64,000 nt of DNA, taken from Capsulimonadaceae bacterium. Its GTDB lineage: Bacteria > Armatimonadota > Armatimonadia > Armatimonadales > Capsulimonadaceae. The position numbers were made by a program, and so were the translations under genes. The stretch is taken from positions 1,440,001-1,504,000 of the forward strand of contig OZ244065.1 in assembly GCA_965215505.1 (NCBI GenBank). The letters are read 5' to 3'. Under the pieces are notes generated by a model. The model saw only the letters and a program-made list of their open reading frames with translations. It searched no databases and was not told the DNA's origin. Below, piece after piece: positions 30,283 to 41,244 of this stretch; position 1 is the first letter of the stretch; the number at the start of each line of letters is the position of its first letter.

Positions 30283-30318
30283 ACTGCCAGAATGAACCCT
30301 ACTCACGAGAAGCAACCT

Positions 30319-31770
30319 ATGACCCAGCATGAAACCGAGTATGAACCCGTCGTCGGCATGGAGTGCCATGCCGAGCTTTTGACCCGCAGCAAGATGTTCT
30401 GCGGCTGCGCCAACGAGTTCGGCGGGGCGCCCAACACGCGGACCTGCCCCGTCTGCCTCGGCCTGCCCGGCTCCCTGCCCGTGATGAACCGGCAGGCAGT
30501 CCTCCTCGTCCTGCGGACCGCCCTGGCCCTGCACTGCGAGGTGTCGCGCGACTGCCTGTTCGCGCGCAAGAACTACTTCTACCCCGACCTGCCCAAAGGC
30601 TACCAGATCTCGCAGTATGAGGACCCCATCGGCAAGTCCGGCTACCTCGACATCACCCTGGAAGACGGGTCCAGCAAGCGCATCCACATCCGGCGCGTCC
30701 ACCTGGAAGAAGACACCGGCAAGCTGATCCACGCGGGCGGCAACGAGAGCGAGGTGGACTACAACCGCAGCGGGGTCCCGCTGATGGAGATCGTCACCGA
30801 GTTCCCGCCCGACCTCATCTCCGCCGACGAGGCCCGCGCCTACCTCGAAAAGCTGCGCTCCATCCTCGTGTATTTGGGCGTCTCCGACGGCAAGATGGAG
30901 GAGGGCCACCTGCGGGCGGAGCCGAACCTGAGCATCCGGCCTGTCGGCACGGACGGGGTCGGCACCAAGACCGAAATCAAGAACCTGAACTCGTTCAAGT
31001 CCGTCTACAAGGGCATCGGCTACGAGGTCGAGCGCCAGTCCGAACTGCTGAACACCGGCGGCGTCGTCCGGCAGGAGACACTGGGCTGGAACGACCTGCG
31101 CGGCGAAACCTACCACATGCGCTTCAAGGAGGAAGAGCAGGAGTACCGCTACTTCCCCGAGCCGGACCTGGTGCCCCTGCACTTTGAGAACGCCGACGTG
31201 GAGGCCGCCCGCGCCGCCCTGCCCGAGCTGCCCGACGCCAAGCGCGAGCGGTTCACGACGCAGTACGGCCTCCGCCCCTACGACGCGGCCATCCTCACCG
31301 CCTCCCGCCCCCTCGCCGACTACTTCGAGGGCGCGGCGGCGGGCGCGGACGCTCGGGCCATCGCGAACTACGTCACCGGCGACCTTGCCCGCCTCCTGAA
31401 CGCCTCGGGGCAGGAGATCGGCGACTGCAAGGTTACGGCCCCCAACCTGCGCGCGCTGATTGCCCTGCGCGACGGCGGCAAAATCACCAACAGCACGGCC
31501 AAGGCGGTCCTGGAAGAGATGTTCCAGACCGGCGAAACGGCGCAATCCATCGTGGACGCCAAGGGCCTCGCCGCCGTCTCCGACGACGGCCCCATCCTCG
31601 CCGAGGTGGACCGCGCCATAGCCGCCAACCCGGACATCGTCGCCAAGTTCAAGGGCGGCAACGAGAAGAGCAAGAACGCCCTGACCGGCCAGGTGATGAA
31701 GGCATTGAAGGGCCAGGCCCGGCCCGACGTGGTGAACCGGCTGATTGACGAGCGCCTGGCGGCCCTCTGA
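30319..31770 (+). CDS. gatB: Asp/Glu-tRNA amidotransferase subunit B
   Basis: [47 protein letters not shown]. Confidence 0.97.
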   Translation: MTQHETEYEPVVGMECHAELLTRSKMFCGCANEFGGAPNTRTCPVCLGLPGSLPVMNRQAVLLVLRTALALHCEVSRDCLFARKNYFYPDLPKGYQISQYEDPIGKSGYLDITLEDGSSKRIHIRRVHLEEDTGKLIHAGGNESEVDYNRSGVPLMEIVTEFPPDLISADEARAYLEKLRSILVYLGVSDGKMEEGHLRAEPNLSIRPVGTDGVGTKTEIKNLNSFKSVYKGIGYEVERQSELLNTGGVVRQETLGWNDLRGETYHMRFKEEEQEYRYFPEPDLVPLHFENADVEAARAALPELPDAKRERFTTQYGLRPYDAAILTASRPLADYFEGAAAGADARAIANYVTGDLARLLNASGQEIGDCKVTAPNLRALIALRDGGKITNSTAKAVLEEMFQTGETAQSIVDAKGLAAVSDDGPILAEVDRAIAANPDIVAKFKGGNEKSKNALTGQVMKALKGQARPDVVNRLIDERLAAL

Positions 31771-32300
31771 TGCGCCCCGAGTTCCAGCGCCGTGTCGACG
31801 CCATCGAGATCCAGCGCGCGTACCTCCAGAGTGCCGCGCTGGCCCTCACCGATGCCCAGCTAAACTGGTCGCCCCAGGTCGGCGCTTGGAGCATCCGGCA
31901 CATCATCGAACACCTCGTCCTCAGCGACGAGAGCGTCGGGCGGGCGCAGGACGCGGGCGCGATGGAAACCGAAGCCCTGATGTTCCGCGTCCTGCCGCGC
32001 GCCCTGCGCCGCGCCCTGGTCCTGCGCGCCTTCAGCCGCGATGCCGTCCTGCCCCTGCCCTCCCCCGCCGTGGAGCCGCTCGGGAACGTGCCGCTGTCCG
32101 AACTCCTATCCCGCTGGGACGCTTCCCGTGCCGAGATGTGCCGCGTCCTGGACTCCATGCGGCGCGACGAAGCCCGCTACTCCCACCCCGTCTTGGGGCC
32201 GCTGACGGCTACGCAGATGCTGGACCTGGCACGGACTCACACGGCTTACCACGGGCGGCAGATCGAGGCGTTGCAAGGCGACACGGCGCTCCCGTCTTGA
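31770..32300 (+). CDS. DinB family protein
   Basis: WSI..IIEHL, HPVLGPL, H..YH..QI. Confidence 0.85.
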   Translation: MRPEFQRRVDAIEIQRAYLQSAALALTDAQLNWSPQVGAWSIRHIIEHLVLSDESVGRAQDAGAMETEALMFRVLPRALRRALVLRAFSRDAVLPLPSPAVEPLGNVPLSELLSRWDASRAEMCRVLDSMRRDEARYSHPVLGPLTATQMLDLARTHTAYHGRQIEALQGDTALPS

Positions 32301-32319
32301 TGTAGGTCACCTCCTGCCC

Positions 32320-33753
32320 ATGCTGGACATGACAGTCACGCTCCTCAACAAACTCCGCTGGCCCCTCTTCGCGCCCGGTGACCGTGTGCTGGTCGCAGTC
32401 TCGGGCGGGCCGGACTCGCTTAGTCTTCTGCACGTCCTGTGGTCCGAGCGCGAGGCGCGGGGCCTGGCCTCCGTAGAGACGGCCCACCTGGACCACGGCC
32501 TGCGCGGGGAGGAGTCGGCCCAAGAGGCGGCGTGGGTGTCCGCGTGGTGCGAGGGGCGTGGCATCCCCTGCCATGTCGGGCTGGCCGATGTGGCGGCCTT
32601 AGCAGCAGAGCGCAAGATCAGCAAGCAGGAGGCGGCGCGGGCCGCGCGCTATGCGTTTCTAGAAGAGACTGCGGCTCGGGTCGGCGCGACCAAAATTGCG
32701 ACGGGCCACACGCAAGGCGATCAAGTCGAGACGGTTCTGATGAACGTCCTGCGCGGGACGGGATTGGACGGCCTGCGCGGCATCCCCGAACGTCGCGGCC
32801 TATGTGTGAGGCCCCTGCTTGATGTGTCTCGTGCCGAGATCGAGGAGTACTGCGCGGCCCACGGATTGGAACCCCGGCGCGACCCCTCCAACCTCTCACC
32901 TGACGGCTACACCCGCAACCGTGTCCGGCTAGAGCTGCTGCCCTTGCTGGCGCGGGACTATAACCCGGCGGTGGCCGACGCCCTGCTGCGGCTGTCCGAG
33001 ATCGCCGCGCGTGACCTGGACTATCTTCAAGCGCAAGCGGACGCGGCACTTGTAGCGGCAATGGCCGTACAAAGACCGGACAAACTGGTGTTGGACGGTG
33101 CGCGCCTTCTGAAAATGCATCCTGCCCTCCTCCGCCGCGTCCTGCGCGCCGCCGTGGCGGAGGTTCGGGGGTCGGCCGAGGGCATCGCGCAACACCACAT
33201 CGAGCGGATGTGTCAGCTTCTCCTGCGTGCAGGGAACTCCGGCGGCGTCCGGATTGAGGGCCTTTTTCCAGACCCTTTTTGCGATGTCGCGCTCGTCTTT
33301 GATACCCTGACGCTGACGCCGGGGGCCGCGCCACTCCGTACAACCTCCCCCACCCTTGGCGTATCTTCCTCTCTTGCCGTTCCCGGAACGGCGGCGATTG
33401 TAGACTGGACCATACGCGCGAGTTTCGACGCCCTCCCCGGCGCGGTCGTGCTGGACGCCGATGCCGTTTCCACAGGCGATCTGACGCTCCGCAACTGGCG
33501 GCAGGGGGACCGCGTTGACCCGCTCGGCATGAGCGGACGGCACAAGAAAGTCGGCGACATCTTCACCGACGCCAAAGTGCCGCGCGCCGAGCGGCACCAT
33601 GTTCCCATCATCGCGGACGCGCGGGGGATCGTCTGGATCGTGGGGCACTGCCTGGCCGACCGGGTGAAGATCACATCGGTCACGCGGCGGCGACTGTACC
33701 TGACGGCCCACCGGGCGGGCGAGGCAGGAAACCAGGCGGGCGGCGGCGAATAG
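32320..33753 (+). CDS. tilS: tRNA(Ile)-lysidine synthetase
   Basis: [41 protein letters not shown]; alternative start 32329. Confidence 0.95.
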   Translation: MLDMTVTLLNKLRWPLFAPGDRVLVAVSGGPDSLSLLHVLWSEREARGLASVETAHLDHGLRGEESAQEAAWVSAWCEGRGIPCHVGLADVAALAAERKISKQEAARAARYAFLEETAARVGATKIATGHTQGDQVETVLMNVLRGTGLDGLRGIPERRGLCVRPLLDVSRAEIEEYCAAHGLEPRRDPSNLSPDGYTRNRVRLELLPLLARDYNPAVADALLRLSEIAARDLDYLQAQADAALVAAMAVQRPDKLVLDGARLLKMHPALLRRVLRAAVAEVRGSAEGIAQHHIERMCQLLLRAGNSGGVRIEGLFPDPFCDVALVFDTLTLTPGAAPLRTTSPTLGVSSSLAVPGTAAIVDWTIRASFDALPGAVVLDADAVSTGDLTLRNWRQGDRVDPLGMSGRHKKVGDIFTDAKVPRAERHHVPIIADARGIVWIVGHCLADRVKITSVTRRRLYLTAHRAGEAGNQAGGGE

Positions 33754-33773
33754 GCAGGCGAGAAACCCTCGCC

Positions 33774-34538
33774 ATGCTTCATCTTTACCATAAGGACCGC
33801 AGGCGGCAGGCGGCGCGGGGCTTCACCCTGATCGAGCTGCTTGTCGTCATCGCCGTGATCGCCATCCTTGCCGCGTTCCTGTTCCCGGTCTTCCAGAAGG
33901 CGCGCGAGAGCGCCCGCCGGACGGCCTGCCTCAGCAATCTGAGGCAGATCGGGCTGGCGCTTGCCCAATACACACAGGACAGCGACGACACCATGCCGCC
34001 CATCGCCTATGCCGGCGGCGGCGACACGACCACCTGGCGTCAGCTCACCTGCCTCTACGCGAAGAGCGCGCGGGTCTATTCCTGCCCTTCCAATGCCTAC
34101 GGCGACGTGGCCCCCCTGGGCGACGGGGACCGGTTTTTCGTCTCCTATGGCGCGAACGACAGCGCGTTCTCGTCGGACGCCGCCGTCGTCGGGCTGGGGC
34201 AGATCGAGAACCCCGCCGGCGTCTTCCTCATCGGGGAGAGCGACGGCGGCGGGTGGAAGCTCAACAACCCGCCGAACCCGCCGCTGACGTTCCCCGACTG
34301 CGCCGAGTGCGACGTGCCGCAGGAAGGGTCACACACGGACCTGTTCGCCGGCCACTTCACCCGCAGCAACTGGCTGTTCGCGGACGGACACACCCGCGCG
34401 CTGCGCCCCACGCAGACCTGTACCGGCGAAGACATCTGGGACTTGGGCAGCAGCAACGCCGACCTGGCTTGTTCCCCCGCTTTGGTGGTGTCGCTGCGGG
34501 ACAACGAGGAGTATTGGAGCCGAGGAAACGCGCCATGA
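33774..34538 (+). CDS. Prepilin-type N-terminal cleavage/methylation protein (DUF1559, H-X9-DG)
   Basis: [47 protein letters not shown]. Confidence 0.93.
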   Translation: MLHLYHKDRRRQAARGFTLIELLVVIAVIAILAAFLFPVFQKARESARRTACLSNLRQIGLALAQYTQDSDDTMPPIAYAGGGDTTTWRQLTCLYAKSARVYSCPSNAYGDVAPLGDGDRFFVSYGANDSAFSSDAAVVGLGQIENPAGVFLIGESDGGGWKLNNPPNPPLTFPDCAECDVPQEGSHTDLFAGHFTRSNWLFADGHTRALRPTQTCTGEDIWDLGSSNADLACSPALVVSLRDNEEYWSRGNAP

Positions 34539-35587
34539 GCATGATCTACGAGTGCCCGAACTGCCACACGCCGCAGGCATCGGGCCGGACGGCCTGCCGC
34601 TACTGCGGGGCGGAGTTCGACAGCGCCGTCCCAGACGACGCCTTCGTGCCCGATGGAACCGCTTCCGAGCCGCTTCCGGCGGAGCCGGCCATTGCCGCCG
34701 CGCTTGAACCCGGTCCTGTTGAATCGGCCGCCGCAGAAACCGGAGGGCCTGGGGCGGTTGTCTACGAGGCTCCGAGCGCCGAGGAGGCGGAACCCGTGGC
34801 GGCGGAACCCGTGGCGGCGGAACCCGTGGCGGCGGAACCCGTGGCGGCGGAACCCGTGGCGGCGGAACCCGTGGCGGCGGAACCCGTGGTGCAGGAAGCC
34901 GCAGTGGAAGAGGCCGAACCCCTCCCGCCCCAGGCCGAAATACCCGCGCCGCCTCTGGACGTTCCCCCGGCACCCGCCGAGACGCTGCCCTACCAGTCCT
35001 CCCCGTATCCGCCCCCCGCGTACCAGGCCGCCCCCACTGATGCCGATCCAGCCGACCCGCCCGCGCCGCAGCGACCGCCATTCGAAAAGACACTGACGCG
35101 TGCCCTGCTGGTCGCCTTCCCCATCGTCCTCGTCGTGGTGCTGGGGGCGGTCTTCTTCGCGCACAGCCTGGAATCGGGGCAGGACACGGCCCCTGCACCA
35201 CTGCCCGCCATCGTGCCTACGGCAGCCTCAACGTCTGCGGGGACGCCCGCCCCGCCGCCCTACGTCCTGAACGGGTCGGGGGCGACGACCGGGACCGAGG
35301 CAGACCCTCGGGCCAGGCAGATGGTGGGGCGCTGGGAATCCAAGAAACTCGACTTCTACGTCTTCAACGCGAACAAGACGGGGACGCGCGGCAGCCTCAC
35401 CGGCAAAGGGCCGCAGGGGACATTCCTTTGGGCTTTGGTCCAGAACCATCTGATCCTTTATGCCGACAAGCAGGAACAACTGACTTACAGCAAAGGGCCG
35501 GACGAAGACACCATGTTCCTGCGCGGCCCACGCGGCGGCAAGTACGTCCAGTACGCGCGGACCAAGGCACAGCCCGAAAGGCCCTGA
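34535..35587 (+). CDS. Zinc-ribbon / Pro-Ala-Glu-rich linker / TM / extracytoplasmic domain protein
   Basis: CPNC...CRYCG at the N-terminus, AEPVA repeats, one TM helix; ATGA overlap with the pilin gene. Confidence 0.8.
   Translation: MSMIYECPNCHTPQASGRTACRYCGAEFDSAVPDDAFVPDGTASEPLPAEPAIAAALEPGPVESAAAETGGPGAVVYEAPSAEEAEPVAAEPVAAEPVAAEPVAAEPVAAEPVAAEPVVQEAAVEEAEPLPPQAEIPAPPLDVPPAPAETLPYQSSPYPPPAYQAAPTDADPADPPAPQRPPFEKTLTRALLVAFPIVLVVVLGAVFFAHSLESGQDTAPAPLPAIVPTAASTSAGTPAPPPYVLNGSGATTGTEADPRARQMVGRWESKKLDFYVFNANKTGTRGSLTGKGPQGTFLWALVQNHLILYADKQEQLTYSKGPDEDTMFLRGPRGGKYVQYARTKAQPERP
34787..34891 (+). repeat. 15-bp coding tandem repeat x7
   Basis: GCGGAACCCGTGGCG encoding AEPVA (last unit AEPVV). 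Confidence 0.95.
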
Positions 35588-35589
35588 CC

Positions 35590-37158
35590 TTACCAGCCGT
35601 CTTGCCACTTCTTCACGTCGTAGCCCTTGAAGCCGTAACAGCGGACGACCTGGATGGTGCGGATGGGGGCCGCATAGGGCGGGTTGCGGGAAACCAGCAG
35701 GGGCGGCTGCGGCTCGACGCGGGTGAAGACGGCGCGCAGGTCATCGAAGTGGTCCTGGTTGTCCGTGTCGTTCAGGAAGACGGCGTCGCGGCCTTTGAGC
35801 GCGTCGGGGTCTTCCCAGAACATGTACTCGCTGGCTTTGTAGTTCAGGAACAGGGAATACGTCTGCGGCCGGCCCGGCAGATAGAAAGCCGCCTCGGACG
35901 GCATCCGGTAGTTGATGCCGAAGACGAACGGATCGCCCCCGATCGCCGCCCGTTCCTGACGGACGCGCTGCCCCAGCGCCCGCCAGCCGTACAGCTCGTT
36001 CGTGCGGTCGTCAGTCGCCTTGGGGAACTTGACGCCGACGCCGTAGAGGAGGCCGGGAAAGAGCGCGACCAGGGCCAGGACGGCGGCCAGGCCGACGCTC
36101 AGGCCGACCCACGCCCCCCCCGCCGCCGACCGCCGCTCCCAGACCCGGACGAAGACGGCGGCGACGAGGATGACGCCGGTGACATAGGCGTCTACCGCCC
36201 AGTTCCCCTCCACCTTGCTCCGCAGGGCCGTCACGAGGGTGGCCGAGAAGGCGATCAGGCTCGGGCACCACAAATACAAATAAGCGTCGTCCTGCTCTTT
36301 AACGCCGCGCCGCGCCCCGTCGTATAGGGTATAGAGGTAGGCCAGAAAGACGGACGGCGAAAGCAGCAGGGCCTGATCCCCCAGAAACCGCAGCACCCAC
36401 TTCGGCCCGTCATGCCCCGACCCGCGCGAGGCCATCGCGTGCGCGTGTATCCAGAAGGCGTTCTGGTGCGTGTGGTTCCACCAGACGAAGGGCGCGAAGA
36501 CGAGCAATGCGACCAGACCAGCCACATACGGCTCCGGGCGGCGCAGCCACCGGGCGCGCGCCATCGGGGACAGCAGCACATAGAGGAAGACGCCCGGCAG
36601 GAGGGCCAGCGCGTTCAGCTTGGCCTGCGCCGCCAGCCCGGCCAGCACGCCCGCCCCGAGCCACCAGGACCAGTGTGGCCGGTCCGTCAGCGCGCGCCGG
36701 ACGACGTACAGGGCGGCGGCCCAGAAGGCGATCTGGACGGGGTCCTGAGTCATGATGACCGACCCGGCGGCGAACAGCGGGATGACGTTGGCGAGGACGA
36801 CCGAGACGACCGCAACGGCCGGCCCGAACAAACGCCTCGCCAGCAGATAGACGAAGACGGAAATCAGCAGCGCGCAGACGCTCGCGCCCGCCCGGACTCC
36901 GAGTTCCGTCTGCCCGAACAAGCCCGTGAAGAGACGGATGACCGGGGCCATCAGCGGTGTGTTGTCGTAGTAGCCCCAGTCGAGGTGCCGCGACCACTGC
37001 CAGTAGTACGCCTCGTCCTGAAGCAGCTCGTGCTGCGCGTCGTACCAGAAGCGGAACAGGGTCAGAACGGCCAGCAAGCCACCCGTCGCGTAGTCGATGC
37101 GGCGGGTGGCTTGTGGAGCCGGGACATGGTTATCGGGTTGCGGTTCGGTGATGTTCAA
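35590..37158 (-). CDS. GT-C glycosyltransferase (ArnT/PMT-like)
   Basis: DEAYYWQWSRHLDWGYYD..P, many TM helices; TTG start overlapping the upstream TGA. Confidence 0.88.
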   Translation of the reverse strand: MNITEPQPDNHVPAPQATRRIDYATGGLLAVLTLFRFWYDAQHELLQDEAYYWQWSRHLDWGYYDNTPLMAPVIRLFTGLFGQTELGVRAGASVCALLISVFVYLLARRLFGPAVAVVSVVLANVIPLFAAGSVIMTQDPVQIAFWAAALYVVRRALTDRPHWSWWLGAGVLAGLAAQAKLNALALLPGVFLYVLLSPMARARWLRRPEPYVAGLVALLVFAPFVWWNHTHQNAFWIHAHAMASRGSGHDGPKWVLRFLGDQALLLSPSVFLAYLYTLYDGARRGVKEQDDAYLYLWCPSLIAFSATLVTALRSKVEGNWAVDAYVTGVILVAAVFVRVWERRSAAGGAWVGLSVGLAAVLALVALFPGLLYGVGVKFPKATDDRTNELYGWRALGQRVRQERAAIGGDPFVFGINYRMPSEAAFYLPGRPQTYSLFLNYKASEYMFWEDPDALKGRDAVFLNDTDNQDHFDDLRAVFTRVEPQPPLLVSRNPPYAAPIRTIQVVRCYGFKGYDVKKWQDGW

Positions 37159-37877
37159 ATCTTGAAAAGCGCGTCGCTCACGGGCTGGTTCACCCGGACG
37201 TTCTGGTACACCGTCGCGCCGGCCAGCTTGTTCGCCGTGTTGTACAGTTCGACGCGGGTGGGGACGTAGATGCCGGGGGCCACCAGGACCGGGTTCTTGT
37301 AAAGGAACCACTTCACCAGCTTGCCGTCCCGGTCGTAATTATACCTCTGGGCGGTGATGTGCGTCTTGGGGTCGATCCAGACCAGGTCCTTTTCGGTTTC
37401 CCCCGCCTGCTTCGGCTGGAGCTGGAAGCATAACAGGCCGTTCTCGGTCCGCAGGAACGTGGCGTTGTAGTCGGTCAGCAGTTCGGGCGGGACCAGCCCG
37501 AAGTCCAGAAGCGTCTGGCGCTTGCCGGGTGCCCCGGTCGTGTCCTGCTTCTTGTGGACGAACGGGGCGACGGTCAGCTTCATGTTGCCGTTGATCACAT
37601 AGTACCCCGTCGCGAGGTGCGGGATGCTCGCCTCGATCCGCAGCTTGCCGGGCTGCTCGTAGACCATCGAGCCGCGGTGCAGGCGGTAGGCGAGCGAGAT
37701 GTCGCCGCTGATCTTCTTCAGCTCGTCCTGGTTCTCGGTGACGATCTCGCTGCTCGCCTGGAGCGTCTTGACGTTATCGGACGTCAGCGTCCGGATGTCC
37801 GGGGCGGCCTGCGCGGCGGCGGCGGTGGTCAGGGCGAGCGCAGCGGAGAGAATATATTGTGTGAGGCGGGAGGCCAT
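37155..37877 (-). CDS. LolA-like / outer-membrane lipoprotein-sorting family protein
   Basis: Signal peptide; Y.QP.KLRIE, VWIDPKT, Y.NV.VN..VSD.LF; start could be 37895. Confidence 0.75.
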   Translation of the reverse strand: MASRLTQYILSAALALTTAAAAQAAPDIRTLTSDNVKTLQASSEIVTENQDELKKISGDISLAYRLHRGSMVYEQPGKLRIEASIPHLATGYYVINGNMKLTVAPFVHKKQDTTGAPGKRQTLLDFGLVPPELLTDYNATFLRTENGLLCFQLQPKQAGETEKDLVWIDPKTHITAQRYNYDRDGKLVKWFLYKNPVLVAPGIYVPTRVELYNTANKLAGATVYQNVRVNQPVSDALFKI

Positions 37878-38012
37878 CGGGAGTTTTCTCCTCATGTTCG
37901 GTGTTTACATTGTATACGACACGCGAGGGGGCGGATTGGTTCCCGGACGGGTCTGGCCGGCGTCGGCGCAGGCGCCGACACTCAATCTTTTCAGGGACTT
38001 TCACAGCAAATC

Positions 38013-40439
38013 ATGATGGATACACACGCACTGCGCGTCTTGGAATTCGACGCGATCCGAAAACAACTGAGCGACCAGACCGCCTGCTCGCTGGGCCGCG
38101 AGCGGGCCGAGGCGATGATGCCCTCGGACTGGCTGCCGCAGGCGCAGGCGCGGCTCGACGAGACGACCGAGTGCCGGACGCTCATCGCCGCCAAGGGCAA
38201 CCTGCCACTCGGCGGCGTCTCCGACATCCGGCCCCTGCTGAAGTCGGCGGAGATCGGCGCGACTCTGGAGCCGCACGGTCTGCTCGACGTGCTGAACGTC
38301 GCCGCCGCCTCCCGCTCGCTCAAGCTGTTCCTGCAAAAGCTGGCCCAGGACTATCCCATCATGGCCGACCGGGCGGGCGGGCTGGGGCAGTTCCCCTCAC
38401 TCGAGTCCGAGATCAACGCCAGCATCGGCATCAACGGCCTCGTGCTGGACTCGGCCTCGCCGGAACTCGCCCGCATCCGCAGCCAGCGCAAGGTGTCCTC
38501 GGCGCGGATGATGGACCGGCTGAACGGCATCCTCAGCTCCATGCGGACGATGCTGCAAGACCCCGTCATCGTCCAGCGCGGCGACCGCTACTGCGTCCCC
38601 GTCAAGGCCGACCACCGGGGGGCGTTCGGCGGCATCGTCCACGACACCTCCGCCTCGGGCGCGACTCTGTTCATGGAGCCGCAGGTCGTCGTTGACCTGG
38701 GCAACGAGATCAAGGAGCTGACCATCAAGGAGGAGCAGGAGGTCCAGCGCATCCTGCGCCGCCTGACCGAGAGCGTCGCCCGCGTCGCGACCGCCCTTCA
38801 AGTGACCATCGAGACATTGGGCGAGATTGACTACATCGCCGCCCGCGCCAAACTCGCCGTCGTGCATGACTCCATCGAGCCGACCTTGAACAAGGACGGC
38901 CTGACGCGCCTGCTGTCCGCCCGGCACCCCTTAATTGACCCCAAGAAGGTCGTCGCCATTGACATCGAGTTGGGGACGCCGACGAACCACGTCCTGCTGA
39001 TCACCGGCCCGAACACGGGTGGCAAGACGGTCAGCCTCAAGACGACCGGCCTGCTGACATTGATGGCCCAATGCGGCCTGCACGTCCCCGCCGCGCGGGC
39101 CGAGGTGAACGTCTTCGATCAGGTCTTCGCCGACATCGGCGACGAGCAGAGCCTCCAGCAGTCCTTGTCCACGTTCTCCGGCCACGTCAGCAACATCGTC
39201 CGCATTCTCAGAGACCTGCGGCGCAATGCCCTCGTCCTGCTGGATGAGGTCGGTGCCGGCACCGATCCCGGCGAGGGCGCTTCGCTGGCCCGCGCCCTGC
39301 TGGACCACCTGCGCGCGAAAGAGGCCCGCGTCATCGCGACCAGCCACTACGGTGAGCTGAAGACCTACGCCTTCGTCACCGAGGGCGTCCAGAACGCCTC
39401 CGTCGAGTTCGATGAGCAGACGCTTTCGCCGACCTACCGCCTGCTGCAAGGCATCCCCGGCTCCTCCAACGCCTTCGCCATCGCGGGCCGTTTGGGGATG
39501 CCCGAGAGCGTCCTGGACGACGCCCGCGCGGCCCTGACCGGCACCGATGAGACGGCGGACTTATTGCGCGAACTGGAAGAAGGGCGGCGTCAGGCCGTGT
39601 CCGAGGGGCGCGGGGCGGAGCAGGCGCGCGTCGAGGCGCAGATGATCAAGCGCCGCTACGCCGAGGAACTTTCCAATCTGGAAGCCCTGCGCCGCGAGGC
39701 CCGGCAGAAAGCCCAGGAAGAAGCGCGCGTCCTGCTGAAGCGCGCGCAGGACAAGCTGGACAACACCCTGTCCGAGCTGCGCCGCGTCAACGCCGAGGGC
39801 CGGCAGACCGAGCGCGCCCGGCAGAAGATCAAGGACATCGGCAGCGACCTCCAGGCCGCCATCCAGGACCGCCTGACCGCCGACCAGCCCACCCTCATCG
39901 AGTCCGTCCCCGACCGGCCCCTGCGCCGGGGCGACAAGGTCCGCATCACGACGTTGGGCATGGCCGGGGAGCTTCTGGAAGACGCCGACGGTGACTCGAC
40001 CGTCCCCGTCCAAGTCGGGGCCATGCGCGTCTCCGTCCCGCCCTCCACGCTGCTGCTGCTGGGCAAAGAGGACATCCCCAAGCCGTCCGCCCCGAAGACC
40101 AGCACTGCCCCACCGCGTGACCGGCCCAAGGACGAGGGCAACGGCAAGGACGGCGACACGCCCTCCTTCTCCATGCAGAAGACATTAGCGATCACGCCCC
40201 AGCTCACCCTGCTCGGCCAGCGCGCCGATGAGGCCGTCCAGAACGTCGAGAAGTATTTGGATGACGCCTACGCCGCCGGCCTCAGCCGCGCCCGTCTGGT
40301 GCATGGCAAGGGGACGGGTGCTTTGCGCCGCGCCGTGCAGGAGTACCTGTCGGGGCATCCCCTGGTGGACGACTTCGCCACCGCCGACCCCGAAGAGGGC
40401 GGCGCAGGCGCGACCGTGGTGACGCTGCGGGCGACGTGA
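38013..40439 (+). CDS. mutS2: Endonuclease MutS2
   Basis: LRVLEF, HDTSASGATLFMEP, ITGPNTGGKT, DIGDEQS.QQSLSTFS, DE.GAGTDP.EG, Smr domain HGKGTG. Confidence 0.96.
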   Translation: MMDTHALRVLEFDAIRKQLSDQTACSLGRERAEAMMPSDWLPQAQARLDETTECRTLIAAKGNLPLGGVSDIRPLLKSAEIGATLEPHGLLDVLNVAAASRSLKLFLQKLAQDYPIMADRAGGLGQFPSLESEINASIGINGLVLDSASPELARIRSQRKVSSARMMDRLNGILSSMRTMLQDPVIVQRGDRYCVPVKADHRGAFGGIVHDTSASGATLFMEPQVVVDLGNEIKELTIKEEQEVQRILRRLTESVARVATALQVTIETLGEIDYIAARAKLAVVHDSIEPTLNKDGLTRLLSARHPLIDPKKVVAIDIELGTPTNHVLLITGPNTGGKTVSLKTTGLLTLMAQCGLHVPAARAEVNVFDQVFADIGDEQSLQQSLSTFSGHVSNIVRILRDLRRNALVLLDEVGAGTDPGEGASLARALLDHLRAKEARVIATSHYGELKTYAFVTEGVQNASVEFDEQTLSPTYRLLQGIPGSSNAFAIAGRLGMPESVLDDARAALTGTDETADLLRELEEGRRQAVSEGRGAEQARVEAQMIKRRYAEELSNLEALRREARQKAQEEARVLLKRAQDKLDNTLSELRRVNAEGRQTERARQKIKDIGSDLQAAIQDRLTADQPTLIESVPDRPLRRGDKVRITTLGMAGELLEDADGDSTVPVQVGAMRVSVPPSTLLLLGKEDIPKPSAPKTSTAPPRDRPKDEGNGKDGDTPSFSMQKTLAITPQLTLLGQRADEAVQNVEKYLDDAYAAGLSRARLVHGKGTGALRRAVQEYLSGHPLVDDFATADPEEGGAGATVVTLRAT

Positions 40440-40625
40440 GGCTCTCGGGTATAATGGCCGCAGGTCCGAAACGTCAAGGGCGTATTGGCGGGGGACTTCC
40501 AGAACCTTTTAGGGTTAGGAAGGTACATCTGGCGTCGAACATACAACCCCATAAACGCCAACCGTCTCAGGGTTGTCGTGCGGCTTTGGAGCAGGTAGCA
40601 CTTCTACCCCATCCAATATGTAGCA

Positions 40626-41237
40626 TCATCCTTTCACCAAATCTTTGATTATTATCCGTGAAGCTATCAGATACTGTTTAACCAAGATAGGGTGACGACG
40701 GTTGGATAACAGAAGCACAGATGGAGTAATGGAGCTAGCAAAAGCTCCATAATGCCGCTGAACTACTGGCTTGTATTTTCGCGCTGTATCCGGGGTATTA
40801 TGCGCGATGTGGTTTCGGACACGGCGCATGTCGTCAATCAATGTCGCATGGCGATCAAAAACGGTAATCAAATTTTCAGTCGTTGGTAGCAGATATCTGA
40901 CGTTGTTTCTAATTTCAACCGCTTGGTTCCACTTAATTTTGTACGCTTGTAGGGGAGTAGCACGACCGTAGTTAGCTATGTTGGTGGACGCCATTCGCAT
41001 GCTGCGACAACGCACAGCTATAGTTGGAATGGTATTGTCCAAATACATGGCACCGCATAAGACCTTCAGCGTTATTGACTGAAAGTGTTCTTCCAGCAGT
41101 GAGAACAATCTTATCATGACTAATTCAGCTGCCATTTTTTGATAGCGTGGATCAAGAGAAGTCATGTTATCTACTAAATCCATGAGCCGTTCGCTTTCCG
41201 CCCGCTGCTGGCGGACGTTGACGTCCAGACGATGCAT
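40626..41237 (-). CDS. HEPN-domain protein
   Basis: IRLFSLLE and RNHIAH (Rx4H); AT-rich. Confidence 0.72.
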   Translation of the reverse strand: MHRLDVNVRQQRAESERLMDLVDNMTSLDPRYQKMAAELVMIRLFSLLEEHFQSITLKVLCGAMYLDNTIPTIAVRCRSMRMASTNIANYGRATPLQAYKIKWNQAVEIRNNVRYLLPTTENLITVFDRHATLIDDMRRVRNHIAHNTPDTARKYKPVVQRHYGAFASSITPSVLLLSNRRHPILVKQYLIASRIIIKDLVKG

Positions 41238-41244
41238 ATGGCGT

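Noticed and set aside
33040-33480. Lower-GC patch in tilS as an intein or insertion
   Set aside because: No intein motifs; corresponds to the normally variable TilS C-terminal domains.
34787-34891. Possible CRISPR array or iterons
   Set aside because: In-frame coding VNTR with no spacers.
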